Source of the DNA: a virus
Lineage: Duplodnaviria; Caudoviricetes
Virus record (IMG/VR): IMGVR_UViG_3300020469_000008
Span: 128,001 to 192,000 of that record
Length of the DNA stretch: 64,000 nt
Reading direction: 5' to 3' (one strand)
Made by a program: the position numbers and the translations under genes. Below the pieces are notes generated by a model. It saw only the letters and a list, made by a program, of their open reading frames with translations. It was not told the origin of the DNA and made no database searches. Positions 36,277-46,567 of the stretch are shown in pieces (positions within the stretch are counted from its first letter, which is position 1; each line of letters starts with the position of its first letter).

Positions 36277-39018
36277 ATGAAAAAAATAAGAATTACAAGA
36301 GATCATCTAAGAAAACGTGTTAGAAAAATGCTACTAGAAGCGCAATATACGACGCAGCTAAGCGCTCCTGACCAGCTTCATGCACCAACACAAAAGCAGT
36401 ATGCAAAAAAAGTTTTCGAATTGATTGATAATAACGATATATATAAAATTGTTGGTTCAGTCGCGAGAAATTCTAATTCAAAACAATATGTTTATCTGGA
36501 AGGCGGCGCGCAACCGCACTATATCGTTAACGGCGATCCGGATATCATGCTCGGAGAAGTAGCAAAGGGTGGAGATACAGGAACAACTGGGAATGTAGGG
36601 GAATATCTGACAGGTGAAGTTTGTTGTCTAGATGGCATCAAATTAGCGGGTGACGTAGAACATGATAAATATTCTAATTTAAACTTAGAGACGAGACAGG
36701 CAGGTGGCGTTAGGATTGCAAACATAGCGGGTAAACCATCAGGAGGGTTTAAGGGTGCTGATGTATGGCTTGTAAAGTCAGGCAAAGATCGCAGATTTGA
36801 TGAGGTACCTCTGACCGGAGATCCTGGAAATCTGACGCTAGATTTTTCAGACTACGGTACTTTTGTGTCTGCAAAAGCATCAAGGATCAACTCAAAAGAA
36901 GGTAATATATCTACACAAAAGCCTTCCTTAAGTGCTACTGACCAAGAAGATGTCGCCAATTTAATTCTTTTCTTCTGGTTAAGTCACAATGCAACAGCTA
37001 ATGCTATTGCCGCTCGATTGGTTCCCACAACAGGAATGCGGATGCGCAAGATAAAAAACATTATGACCCAGGCTGAAGCTGGCCTCGAGGCACTAGTACT
37101 GAATCCTAAACTTTATTCGAATATTGATTTAGATAGAGATAGGATTGTTAACAAGGCAGACCAATTCAAGGGTTACACTGGAGCAGGAAACGCTGCAGTC
37201 AAAATATGCCGGGAATTAGGCATTAAAACTATAAAGATGCGATTTGATGCAATAAATATATGTGGTATTGCAACATGTGCTGCTAGCGATTTAATAAAGC
37301 CTGATTTTAACAATCCAATTGCAAAACAAGTTGGTTACTCTGTCGTAGTTCAATCAAAAGGCACAAACTCGACAATAACCTTGACAGTTCCAACGACCGG
37401 TACTGATTTTTATTACGCAGATGCTGTGGGTATGGCCAGTGAAACATACAGTAAAAATTTAGCTGCACTTCACACAACAGATTTTAAACACGATCCGGAT
37501 AAAATTATTGACGAAATATTTTACGCTGACATAAAAGTAACGACTGGAGCTTTAGGCGCTCCAGCTGCTACAACAGGTAGATCTCTTGAAGGTATTCCTG
37601 GTATGGCGCCTGCCGGTACTTCAGGCGGTGCAAATTCTGATGCTGCGATCGAAATAGCAAAAAAATATTACGATAAAGATCAAAATCCAATTTCAGGTGT
37701 CGCCAACCCACTCGGACAGGTTAGTTACGCTCAGTTTCTCCAACGTGCTAGATCACCCATACAAATACAACTATTACAAAGATTGACGTCGTCAATAACG
37801 TTAGCGATGGAAAATTCCCAAAACCCAACCAGTCAAGATAGAATTACAATTCTAACCAGTCAAATATCAGAGGATGTTCAGTCAATTACAAATTATAATA
37901 ATCTAATTGATGTAGAACTCTCAAACCAAAATCCGCATATTGATAATGCAAACTCATCAATCGCTAAACAGGCTCAGACAAGAATTGCTGTACTACGGCC
38001 TTTAAAGAGAAAAGCAAGTAAATTGGAAAAGAAAATGCTAGACGTACAGACTGTTTTAACTAACTCGGGTGCTGCACAGGCTGTGATGGTCAATTTTCTA
38101 GAAAACGTTAATGATAAAATGCTAGATGCAATTGACACCAATGCCGCCGCGTTAACACAAAGAACAGAAACATCACTTTCCCAGGTGCAACAAAACTTAA
38201 CAGCAGCCGCTGCACTATCGAATACGCTACCCACTGAGGTTGTTTCAGCTATTTTTGGTGAATTAGTACAAACTGGAGATGGTCCTGGTTCTAGTATGCT
38301 TGATTACTTGATAAACGTAAAGCGTAGAATTAAATTTTTAATGGGCAAGGTGTCCAGATCTGTTACAAGCCCGTCAACTACCTCACCAAATATTTCACAA
38401 ATTGCAAATCGATCATTACTTGAAATTTTAGCTTTCATGTATCCATCACACCAATTTCCAACCGCGACAGATCTAATAAATCTTAGTAATTCATTGGTCG
38501 CAGCTGATCAGGCCAAGGCACAAAAAATCACAAAAACCATTAATCTTATTGTTACTATATTAAAAGAACAGTATAATATTTTGCTTTTAACAGCTGCTTT
38601 TATGAGACCTCCTCTTTTAAGTTACGCTGAATGGAATAATAACAAAGGTAAAATGGGTCTTTTCTTAGAGAACGTCCAGACTTCTGAAGATAGCCCCGGA
38701 AGTTTGATTGTTATGATCACACAGATTAAAAACTCGATAGATACACTGTTAGAATTTGCAGAGTTATTAGCATCCCCGGTAATTAGCGCTGTTGCAGAAC
38801 CAGACGTTAACAAAAAATTAGACGTAGATTTTTCTGATATTCCTGCCAGAAAAAGTTTTAATGATATTCCTGACACACAATACAAAGAAATGTTACCGAG
38901 TTTTATGGCATCTCAAAGAATGCCGGATGCATCTATGACAGCAGCATCCATGAGTGAAGTTAATCTTTACGAATCGATCCTTTGTGACTTAATGAAAGCT
39001 TCTGCAAAAAACAAATAA
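36277..39018 (+). CDS. Large leader-motif protein
   Basis: 913 aa; MKKIRITRDHLRKRVRKMLLE. Confidence 0.75.
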   Translation: MKKIRITRDHLRKRVRKMLLEAQYTTQLSAPDQLHAPTQKQYAKKVFELIDNNDIYKIVGSVARNSNSKQYVYLEGGAQPHYIVNGDPDIMLGEVAKGGDTGTTGNVGEYLTGEVCCLDGIKLAGDVEHDKYSNLNLETRQAGGVRIANIAGKPSGGFKGADVWLVKSGKDRRFDEVPLTGDPGNLTLDFSDYGTFVSAKASRINSKEGNISTQKPSLSATDQEDVANLILFFWLSHNATANAIAARLVPTTGMRMRKIKNIMTQAEAGLEALVLNPKLYSNIDLDRDRIVNKADQFKGYTGAGNAAVKICRELGIKTIKMRFDAINICGIATCAASDLIKPDFNNPIAKQVGYSVVVQSKGTNSTITLTVPTTGTDFYYADAVGMASETYSKNLAALHTTDFKHDPDKIIDEIFYADIKVTTGALGAPAATTGRSLEGIPGMAPAGTSGGANSDAAIEIAKKYYDKDQNPISGVANPLGQVSYAQFLQRARSPIQIQLLQRLTSSITLAMENSQNPTSQDRITILTSQISEDVQSITNYNNLIDVELSNQNPHIDNANSSIAKQAQTRIAVLRPLKRKASKLEKKMLDVQTVLTNSGAAQAVMVNFLENVNDKMLDAIDTNAAALTQRTETSLSQVQQNLTAAAALSNTLPTEVVSAIFGELVQTGDGPGSSMLDYLINVKRRIKFLMGKVSRSVTSPSTTSPNISQIANRSLLEILAFMYPSHQFPTATDLINLSNSLVAADQAKAQKITKTINLIVTILKEQYNILLLTAAFMRPPLLSYAEWNNNKGKMGLFLENVQTSEDSPGSLIVMITQIKNSIDTLLEFAELLASPVISAVAEPDVNKKLDVDFSDIPARKSFNDIPDTQYKEMLPSFMASQRMPDASMTAASMSEVNLYESILCDLMKASAKNK

Positions 39019-39028
39019 AATAGAAAAA

Positions 39029-39057
39029 GTGTAATAACAAAAGATACAATGTATAAT
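39029..39057 (+). promoter_or_regulatory. GTGTAA-class promoter
   Basis: GTGTAA, 17 bp, TATAAT. Confidence 0.75.
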
Positions 39058-39082
39058 AAAAGAGTAACCCATAAAACAAGAG

Positions 39083-39961
39083 GTGTACTCAATGTATATT
39101 ACCCGTGAAGATGTCCTTGAAGTGATAGGACGCATGCAAGACTTAGAGCATAAGCTTGGCAATCTATTTGCAAATCACAACTACGATCTGCGTGAAAACC
39201 TTGGAAGGCGCAATCAACTTCTCAGTTGTGTCCAAGAAAAAGAAACAGCACGTGTTCTTCGTAAAAAATATGTGATGGTGTTAGACGATGGTGCACCTGG
39301 TAAGCCGGACGTTGTTATCTGTGACATTGAAAAAGAACTGGAATGTAAATTAACCTCGGGTAGCAAGAGCGGTGGCTCTGTGTCATTCTCCTTACAAACA
39401 GACTATGCTACCCTTGAGAACAAAGGGTCGTTAGATTATTTATTTATGCTAGCAAACGATGATTTCAATGAGTTCTGTGTAATCTTCTTTGAAGGTCTTA
39501 CTATTGATGATTACTTTCCTCCCGCTAGTGGTTCCCGTGGAAAAGCGAGGATGAGAAAAGATAGTGCACTGAAGAAGGCCAAGTTCTTAGTCGGAGGTGT
39601 TTCTAATTTAGCTGATGCTCATTTAGAAAAAATTGATGCTGAACTCTCTGAACGTGCTCAAGAACTAGATTATCGTTTGATAGGCTTACGTTCTAAACTA
39701 AACGAAACCAGTTTAAACGCAAAGTCTGCAAGAGAAAAGATATCAAATGTTATCACAAACGAATCTTCTCGATACGATTCAGCAATCGCAAAACTTGTTT
39801 CTAGGAGAAAATATTGGGTTGAAAATCCAAAATACAGTTTTCAATTCGAGAAAGTTTCTTTTAAACCTCCCGTAAAACCAACAAAACTCCAGACGTTTAG
39901 AGGTTGGTGGGTAAATAAGTTAACAACAAAACTAGGGATTATCTCGTGGATGACACCGTGA
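39083..39961 (+). CDS. Putative PD-(D/E)XK nuclease
   Basis: GKPDVVI...ELECKLTS fits PD...ExK; C-terminal coiled coil; ATG 39092 is an alternative start. Confidence 0.55.
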   Translation: MYSMYITREDVLEVIGRMQDLEHKLGNLFANHNYDLRENLGRRNQLLSCVQEKETARVLRKKYVMVLDDGAPGKPDVVICDIEKELECKLTSGSKSGGSVSFSLQTDYATLENKGSLDYLFMLANDDFNEFCVIFFEGLTIDDYFPPASGSRGKARMRKDSALKKAKFLVGGVSNLADAHLEKIDAELSERAQELDYRLIGLRSKLNETSLNAKSAREKISNVITNESSRYDSAIAKLVSRRKYWVENPKYSFQFEKVSFKPPVKPTKLQTFRGWWVNKLTTKLGIISWMTP

Positions 39962-40152
39962 TAAAGTATATTACAATTAATGGTACCTTGTATAGAATAG
40001 ATGAGTACTCATATCGAGGTTATGCAGATTCTATTCACACGACCAGTACTATGACAAAGGTACCTGAGGATGAAGTGGAAAAAATTAAAAGAATGGTGGC
40101 AGAAAAAGGTGAAAAAATCGAAGAAAGACAATATAGAACAGAAATCGGATGA
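39946..40152 (+). CDS. Small hypothetical protein
   Basis: 68 aa; overlaps both neighbours. Confidence 0.4.
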   Translation: MDDTVIKYITINGTLYRIDEYSYRGYADSIHTTSTMTKVPEDEVEKIKRMVAEKGEKIEERQYRTEIG

Positions 40153-40492
40153 AAGTAAGTCTGTTGAAATAGAAGAAATCGATCCTTTTGAAGAATTAGA
40201 AAAAGAAGAAAGGGAAAAGGTTATTGCAGACTTAATGGATCAGATATTGAGCTCAGATATTTTTCATGAAACTTTTGATAAATTATCAAAACCGATAACT
40301 ATGCTTTTACCATTTGAGGGAAAGAATCAATTTTATTTTTTCAGTCCAACACTACAGATATTTCGAATGGTACGCGCTCCAACTGAAGCTATAGTGATCG
40401 AAGAAAGCAAGGGTGGAGAAACACTGTGTCTCATTCATGATGTGCCATATATGGTGCCAGACAAATACTTAAAAAATGTGGGGTATAACTGA
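40070..40492 (+). CDS. Hypothetical protein (start uncertain)
   Basis: 140 aa, coupled to the VOC gene. Confidence 0.5.
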   Translation: MKWKKLKEWWQKKVKKSKKDNIEQKSDESKSVEIEEIDPFEELEKEEREKVIADLMDQILSSDIFHETFDKLSKPITMLLPFEGKNQFYFFSPTLQIFRMVRAPTEAIVIEESKGGETLCLIHDVPYMVPDKYLKNVGYN

Positions 40493-40800
40493 TGAAATTT
40501 GATCACGTAGCAGTGAATGTAAAAGATATCAAGGCTTCGACAGAATGGTATTGCAGGAACTTAAACGCAGTTACGTTATATGTAGATGATACGTGGGCGT
40601 TTTTGAAGGTTAACGGTACGAAGATAGCGCTGACTCTCGCATCACAACATCCCGCGCACATCTGTTTCTCTATAGACAAAGATGAAAAAACCAAATATTT
40701 TGGTGACAAAGTTTTCAAAGATCACCGAGACGGTTCGTCTTCTTGTTACACGAGAGATCCAGATGGTAACTTTATAGAGTATTTAATATGGCCGGAATAA
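40492..40800 (+). CDS. VOC/glyoxalase-family protein
   Basis: FDHVAVNVKDIKASTEWY, HICF, YTRDPDGNFIE. Confidence 0.88.
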   Translation: MKFDHVAVNVKDIKASTEWYCRNLNAVTLYVDDTWAFLKVNGTKIALTLASQHPAHICFSIDKDEKTKYFGDKVFKDHRDGSSSCYTRDPDGNFIEYLIWPE

Positions 40801-40985
40801 AAAAAAAGATAGAGCAAGTTTGGAATGCCATCATACTACCAGATGGCGTCGACGAAGAATATGACGAAAAATGTGATAAAGCTTTTTATAAAATAGTTGA
40901 TTGTTTTATTAACGTTTGTTATTCAATTTTATTTGTAATGTCAATTATTTCACTATATTTTTTAATAACAAGAGAGATATTATGA
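40788..40985 (+). CDS. Small membrane protein
   Basis: C-terminal hydrophobic helix. Confidence 0.5.
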   Translation: MAGIKKKIEQVWNAIILPDGVDEEYDEKCDKAFYKIVDCFINVCYSILFVMSIISLYFLITREIL

Positions 40986-41087
40986 TTAAGAAAATAATTA
41001 AGAATAGAAATCAAATCGTTGAGGGCGTTACAATGGTGTCAATGCTTTATGTTTTGATTGCTGTACACAGTTTAAGGACGGTTTATC

Positions 41088-41321
41088 ATGCAAGAAATAC
41101 AAGAGCTTATAGGCATTATTAGAAAAATCATTAGAGAACAAGACGATAAAGTTCTTAATGTTAGAGGTGGCAAAGGCTACAGTGTGGGTCACCCATATCC
41201 AGTTAAATCAGTGCCACCAGTTAGCCAAGCGCTTGGAAGCCCTGGCCCTTATGAAGATGATGAAGAAGATTATAATGAAGACAAACCCGTAAAAATTAGC
41301 AAAGCTTTTAAGAAGGAATAA
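41088..41321 (+). CDS. Small protein with leader-like helix
   Basis: MQEIQELIGIIRKIIRE. Confidence 0.55.
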   Translation: MQEIQELIGIIRKIIREQDDKVLNVRGGKGYSVGHPYPVKSVPPVSQALGSPGPYEDDEEDYNEDKPVKISKAFKKE

Positions 41322-41322
41322 G

Positions 41323-41541
41323 ATGATTGAATTTTTAGTAATGTATTGTAAAGAAAAAAATTATGATATCGTTGGTGAAAAAATATTAAAAGAAGGACAA
41401 CAGATAGGTAATATAGACCACTTAGATAAAATTGTTACACTCGGTAGTAACAAATACAAGTTTGGCGACTTTGCTCTCGCTATACTTGAAGGATACTTTG
41501 ATTTGTACGACGGAGGTGAATATGTCAATGTACAGAGCTGA
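41323..41541 (+). CDS. Small hypothetical protein
   Basis: AAGGA RBS, 72 aa. Confidence 0.55.
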   Translation: MIEFLVMYCKEKNYDIVGEKILKEGQQIGNIDHLDKIVTLGSNKYKFGDFALAILEGYFDLYDGGEYVNVQS

Positions 41542-42118
41542 ATATGATACACGGTTACTTTACTCACAGAGTTATACGGCAGATGAAGGGTTGTTTGTTT
41601 CAACTGATTGTTATGCCGTAATGTGGACATATCCCCAAGCCGTAAGCCCAACAACAACAAGAGTTAGATTAACTTACATATACACTAAGGAAGGGGGTGG
41701 TATCTCACCTGTTCAGGGTATTATGGAACAGTGGAAGTCTGAAGGTTGGACTGTAATGGATGAATTTTGTGATGGTTATTCTGACTTCTCAACTGCAGAA
41801 GAACTTCGTGACCAGATGATGCAAATGGTTAGATCATTTCTATTGGGGGTTCCAGTAGGAGCAGAAGTTGAGGGTGATTCTTCTCCGAAGCCTGGAACAC
41901 CAAATAAGACAGGATTTAAGAAACCATCTGCACTTAAGTCTCGAATCGAAAAACTGATTAAAAAGCCAGTACCTACAGAATCTGGTGATGCAGAAAGTCC
42001 AGATGAAGATGACATTTTCGCTAGCGCAAGAATAATTAAAGTAGTTAAACCGTTAAAACCATCAGGCTCAAAAGCAGATAAACCTGATGACGATGACGAT
42101 GACGACACCTGGATATAA
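41522..42118 (+). CDS. Hypothetical protein with acidic tail
   Basis: Start moved to ATG 41522 after GGAGGTG. Confidence 0.65.
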   Translation: MSMYRAEYDTRLLYSQSYTADEGLFVSTDCYAVMWTYPQAVSPTTTRVRLTYIYTKEGGGISPVQGIMEQWKSEGWTVMDEFCDGYSDFSTAEELRDQMMQMVRSFLLGVPVGAEVEGDSSPKPGTPNKTGFKKPSALKSRIEKLIKKPVPTESGDAESPDEDDIFASARIIKVVKPLKPSGSKADKPDDDDDDDTWI

Positions 42119-42130
42119 AGGAGCATAATT

Positions 42131-43414
42131 ATGGGCGGTGCAGCAGGACATATGGCACATCTTCACGAAGATTTGAGCCTGACATTTAACGAATTAGTTT
42201 CTATAATTAACACAGTTGCTTCAGCAGATGTTGAGGTTACTGAAAAAGTAGATGGACAAAATTTATTTCTGACAGTAAATGAGTTTGGTGAAATAAGGAC
42301 CGCTCGTAATCCTACAGATATTCGTAGAGGTGGGATGACACCAGAAGAGTATACGGAAAAGTGGCAAGGGCACCCAGCTGAAAGAGCTTTCATGAGAGGT
42401 TTCAAAGCAGTTAAAAGCGTAATCGATTCATTACCGCTTGAACAGAAAATAGAGATATTTGATAGCGGAAATAGTTACGTCAATATGGAAATAATGTATT
42501 ACAATCCAGATACCGGACTCAATTCTAATATCATAAACTACAATGCGTGTTACATCGTAATGCACGCTTTAGTATCAGATGATCCGAACACTGAACAGCA
42601 ATTCCAGACACTGTCAAGTTTAGTAAATGCAAAACAGGCAGAAATTGACAGTCAGGTCTGGAGTATTTACGGCCCTCAGATAATTGAGTTAAATGACATT
42701 GCTAACGGTGAAGCACACGAGTTAGCAAAGCAAAGAATTTCTGCAATTGCGCAACCAGTCGGTATGAACGCTACTATTGAGAGTCTTTGTAAAATCTATT
42801 ATAAGGAATTGATGCTATCAGATAGTTTGCCTGAAAACGTGTGTATTGAAATTATAAAACTAGTCTTTAATGAACCTGGTGCACTAACATTAAGAGATAT
42901 AAAAAGAATGGCACCCACAATGTCACCGAAAGTTTCAAAGTATAGTACGAAAGTTAACTCAAAAAAAGTTATTTCTGGGGTTTTGAGACCACTAGAAAAC
43001 ATCATTAACGATTTTGCTATTGAAGTATTAAGAGGGTTGAGAAGTTTCTTTGCTGTTGATCATGATCAAGCGGTCACAGATATGCGTCAAGAACTTGAAA
43101 CTAGTATTGATAGACTACGTGGGATAGCAGCTGAAGGCGATGAGAACATGGGTAAGATGGTCGACCGACAGCTGGCGAAACTTGGTAGTGTAGAGAACTT
43201 AGCTTCATCATTAGAAGGGATTGTGTTTCGTTATAATGGCAAGATATATAAAATGACAGGTGCATTCGCCATGGCAAATCAAATTATAGGAAGAGCAAGA
43301 AGAAATCCACCTCGTTTAAGAAAAAAAGCAGAAATTACTGAAGGCCAAATAAGAAAAATGGTCCGAGAATCAATAACTCGAACCTATCTCTCAATGTTAC
43401 CAGTAAGACGATAG
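42131..43414 (+). CDS. Ligase-like nucleotidyltransferase (KxDG motif)
   Basis: MGGAAGHMAH, VTEKVDGQN, EGIVF...YKMTG resemble ligase motifs I, IV and V; C-terminal ITEGQIRKMVRE. Confidence 0.55.
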   Translation: MGGAAGHMAHLHEDLSLTFNELVSIINTVASADVEVTEKVDGQNLFLTVNEFGEIRTARNPTDIRRGGMTPEEYTEKWQGHPAERAFMRGFKAVKSVIDSLPLEQKIEIFDSGNSYVNMEIMYYNPDTGLNSNIINYNACYIVMHALVSDDPNTEQQFQTLSSLVNAKQAEIDSQVWSIYGPQIIELNDIANGEAHELAKQRISAIAQPVGMNATIESLCKIYYKELMLSDSLPENVCIEIIKLVFNEPGALTLRDIKRMAPTMSPKVSKYSTKVNSKKVISGVLRPLENIINDFAIEVLRGLRSFFAVDHDQAVTDMRQELETSIDRLRGIAAEGDENMGKMVDRQLAKLGSVENLASSLEGIVFRYNGKIYKMTGAFAMANQIIGRARRNPPRLRKKAEITEGQIRKMVRESITRTYLSMLPVRR

Positions 43415-43415
43415 T

Positions 43416-44129
43416 CTATTTCTTTAGACTGTTATATGTTTCCATAGCAACGGGCCATAGTTCTGTCGCTATTTCTTTACATGCTTGAGCTACTTTCTGT
43501 ATTTCCCATTGTGCATGCTCATCGTCTCGAAGACTAATAAATTTAATGAGATTATTTAAATTGACTGTCCCGTAATACTCGGTGTAAAGATTCTGTGGCA
43601 GTACTCCTCGAGCCTGTTCTCTGCAAACTCCCGCATCAATAAGCTCATCAAATAACTTTAAAGAATCACTATGATGTTTTATAATTAAGTCAGATGCAAG
43701 ACGCTTTATTGGTTGAGAACAAGCAGGTGAGTAAGTGTCTATCTGCGGATTAATTATATCGTCTTCGTTGCTCGCTTGCCTATTACTTTTATGCTGAGTC
43801 CTAAATTCCTGAGGTTCATAAAATTTTAAATCTTTGTCAGTATATCTACGACTAATTTCATTATAAGACCAAGTTCTATGGCGATGGTGCTGACCACGCA
43901 CAAATAGAGGTACAGTAAACTTAAATGTAACAACATTGTGTTCAAGCGTTGACGTGTGTCTATTTTTAACGAGGTATCTGATAAGTTTTCTGTCTCTTTC
44001 ATTGACTTCATTTTTTTCTACTCCAAACGAAACACGTGCTGCATTGACAATTGTGAGGTCATTGCCCATGTGTTGTACATATTCAACGCAGCCTATTGTA
44101 TCATTATATAAAATTTTTTTATTAATCAA
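43416..44129 (-). CDS. thyX: Flavin-dependent thymidylate synthase
   Basis: IVNAARVSF, HTSTLEH, RHRTWSYNEISRRY, REQARGVLP, HAQWEI. Confidence 0.97.
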   Translation of the reverse strand: MINKKILYNDTIGCVEYVQHMGNDLTIVNAARVSFGVEKNEVNERDRKLIRYLVKNRHTSTLEHNVVTFKFTVPLFVRGQHHRHRTWSYNEISRRYTDKDLKFYEPQEFRTQHKSNRQASNEDDIINPQIDTYSPACSQPIKRLASDLIIKHHSDSLKLFDELIDAGVCREQARGVLPQNLYTEYYGTVNLNNLIKFISLRDDEHAQWEIQKVAQACKEIATELWPVAMETYNSLKK

Positions 44130-44194
44130 TTGTTTATCTCCTATATATTGCGTTATAATAATACGATATTAGATTTAAATTTATAGGAGAAACA

Positions 44195-45391
44195 ATGATT
44201 AATTTTATTTCTTGTCTATTTCTAGGTACAGCTTTAGGACAAGATATCAGTACTAGTGAAACATCATACACCGGTGCAACAATTTTGCAAGGCGACTGGG
44301 AAGTTCAATTTGATACAGTAACGGGTTTGGACGGTGATGAGGTACCATCTACATACGCTTTCTTTGAAGGTAATACATTATATGTAGGTAATTCAGACGA
44401 CAGTGGGAACACAGTTGATGGGATTATAGAGTTCTTCTGGTTCCAGTCATCGATTGATAGGGGCGCCGATTTTTATGTAGCAGTAATTAAAGCAAGAACT
44501 TCACCAGGTGACAATTGTTTTGTAGCACCGTGGATAAGCGGTTATGATTGTCACTTGTGGGCAGATGAGTATCAAGACTTTGGAGAATATCCCGTTCTTT
44601 CTGTTGAGGCATTTACAGATGTATCAAGGGAGTCAGGCGCATTTAGGTGGGATTGGTCAGTTCCTTTTGAAAATTACGGTATTGATGCATACGGCCAGAT
44701 TAGCATGTCCAATCAATACGGCATTGGTAGTACGACACAAACGGGTATGGAAGGGTCAGTCATGACAGCACTGAACATTCCAGATGGCACAAACATTAAT
44801 GGCGTTCCTATTGAAGGTGGTGTTGAAGGGAGTGCGAGCGTCCAATCAAAAGGTTATATTAGCACAGATTATAAAGTGCAGACGCAATATGACGTAACAT
44901 TATATGAGTGGGACGTGTTTGTGGATGGTCGAGCTAATCTAATGGCTTGGGATATGTATCTGAACTTAGGAGTCCGCGATAATCAATCTGCATATCATGA
45001 ATATTTTTTAGCAATACAGGTTGAAGAAGGTCAACCTTTTATGTTAGATGAGATGAATTTACTGGGTAACTTTGATACAGGGTGGTGGAATCCGTTCAGA
45101 CATGAGCTAGGTTTATCAGTAAAAGGTTTGCAGATATATCAGCCTGAATGGGAAGAAGCAAGTGAAGAAGTTGAAGAAGAATTATTTGACACCGGATTCG
45201 AGGAAGAAATTGAAGAAGAGACAGTTGAAGAAGAAATTGAAACACTTGATACTGGCAACGATGAAAGACTCGAGCTAGAAGATTCAAAGTCAGATGCTTT
45301 CGTAAGCGGTTGTAGTGTTTCACAGTTCAAACAAAATAATTTACTCTATGCACTTATTCCGTTATTTTTCATAGTTAGGAGAAAACAATGA
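44195..45391 (+). CDS. Secreted surface protein with MYXO-CTERM-like C-terminal sorting signal
   Basis: N-terminal signal peptide; acidic linker; SGCS...LLYALIPLFFIVRRKQ. Confidence 0.65.
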   Translation: MINFISCLFLGTALGQDISTSETSYTGATILQGDWEVQFDTVTGLDGDEVPSTYAFFEGNTLYVGNSDDSGNTVDGIIEFFWFQSSIDRGADFYVAVIKARTSPGDNCFVAPWISGYDCHLWADEYQDFGEYPVLSVEAFTDVSRESGAFRWDWSVPFENYGIDAYGQISMSNQYGIGSTTQTGMEGSVMTALNIPDGTNINGVPIEGGVEGSASVQSKGYISTDYKVQTQYDVTLYEWDVFVDGRANLMAWDMYLNLGVRDNQSAYHEYFLAIQVEEGQPFMLDEMNLLGNFDTGWWNPFRHELGLSVKGLQIYQPEWEEASEEVEEELFDTGFEEEIEEETVEEEIETLDTGNDERLELEDSKSDAFVSGCSVSQFKQNNLLYALIPLFFIVRRKQ

Positions 45392-46341
45392 TGATAAAAT
45401 GTATGATAACAGCGCTATGTTTGGTTGCATGTACAGAAGTTTCTATTTCAAAAACATATCAACCCACTGACAGTGCATTCCCTGAAGATACAATTGTAGA
45501 AGACGATACAAATGTTGAAGATTCAGACAGTGAAGATACAACCGTGACAGACACAAACGACGATGATACTTCAAATCAAACAGATCTGTCACAAACCGTG
45601 GGATATGTTGAATTAGGATTGATGCAGGCATCATGCCCATATTGTTTAGGATTACAGCAAGAAATTAACATCACAGCATACGCAAGGTTTCATCAAGCAA
45701 CAGGAGCTAGTCACACAAATTGGTTACCACAAACAGACGGTTGCAGAGATTACTACGAAACAACTGTATCATCACCAAATACAGATGTGGGTCAATTTGT
45801 CACACTACAAAATAACTTTGGTGATAACTTTACGCTGAATCAAACTTACGATTCAACAGGTGTTGCATACGAAAATGGTTACTTGATGGAATCTAGCTTT
45901 AGAAGAAACACTGCACATACATTAAACGCACAAAATAAAAATGCTGAAAATGTGATTGAAACTCTTCGAGGCTTTGACTTTATCGAGCCTTATACAATGC
46001 TTTATGTTGATCCATCGTATGCTTTTCAAACGCCTGTATACAGAACGGGTGATAACGTTTTTACTTGGGGTCCAAGTGGTGACGTTAACAGTTTCTTTAC
46101 TATACACATATCAGTTTACAGTAATGATGGTAGTTATTATTATGGGACAGTTATCTGTCGGTCGCCTGATGTAGGGTATATGTCAATCCCAGGCAGTTAC
46201 TTCTCACAATATCAACAGGGTAATTTGACTTCTATACACCTTATGCGACACAGAGTTTTTCTCGATCAGTACATAGATTTTGGTGGCACAATCGAGAGTT
46301 ATAGTTGGTGGGAAGTGATAGGTACAGGATTTATACAATGA
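45388..46341 (+). CDS. Lipoprotein with D/T-rich linker
   Basis: Lipobox LVAC, EDTIVEDDTN linker, beta-rich C-terminal domain. Confidence 0.7.
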   Translation: MMIKCMITALCLVACTEVSISKTYQPTDSAFPEDTIVEDDTNVEDSDSEDTTVTDTNDDDTSNQTDLSQTVGYVELGLMQASCPYCLGLQQEINITAYARFHQATGASHTNWLPQTDGCRDYYETTVSSPNTDVGQFVTLQNNFGDNFTLNQTYDSTGVAYENGYLMESSFRRNTAHTLNAQNKNAENVIETLRGFDFIEPYTMLYVDPSYAFQTPVYRTGDNVFTWGPSGDVNSFFTIHISVYSNDGSYYYGTVICRSPDVGYMSIPGSYFSQYQQGNLTSIHLMRHRVFLDQYIDFGGTIESYSWWEVIGTGFIQ

Positions 46342-46348
46342 GGAAATT

Positions 46349-46549
46349 ATGGCAAAAGTAATAGTAAGAAGAAATGAGTCACCAGAAAAAGCGATGAAAC
46401 GATTCAAAAGAAAAGTTGAGAGAGCAGGTATCATGAGGGATATTAAGAAAAATAGATATTATCAAAAACCTTCAGTGCGCAAGAAAGAAAAAAAGAAAGC
46501 AGCAGAAAAGAGGCGTAGAAAACTTGAACGAAGAAGGCAAAGAAGATAG
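46349..46549 (+). CDS. rpsU: Ribosomal protein bS21
   Basis: VIVRRNESPEKAMKRFKRKVERAGI..DIKKNRYYQKPSVRKK. Confidence 0.93.
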   Translation: MAKVIVRRNESPEKAMKRFKRKVERAGIMRDIKKNRYYQKPSVRKKEKKKAAEKRRRKLERRRQRR

Positions 46550-46567
46550 ACTAAGTTGTGTTATGTG

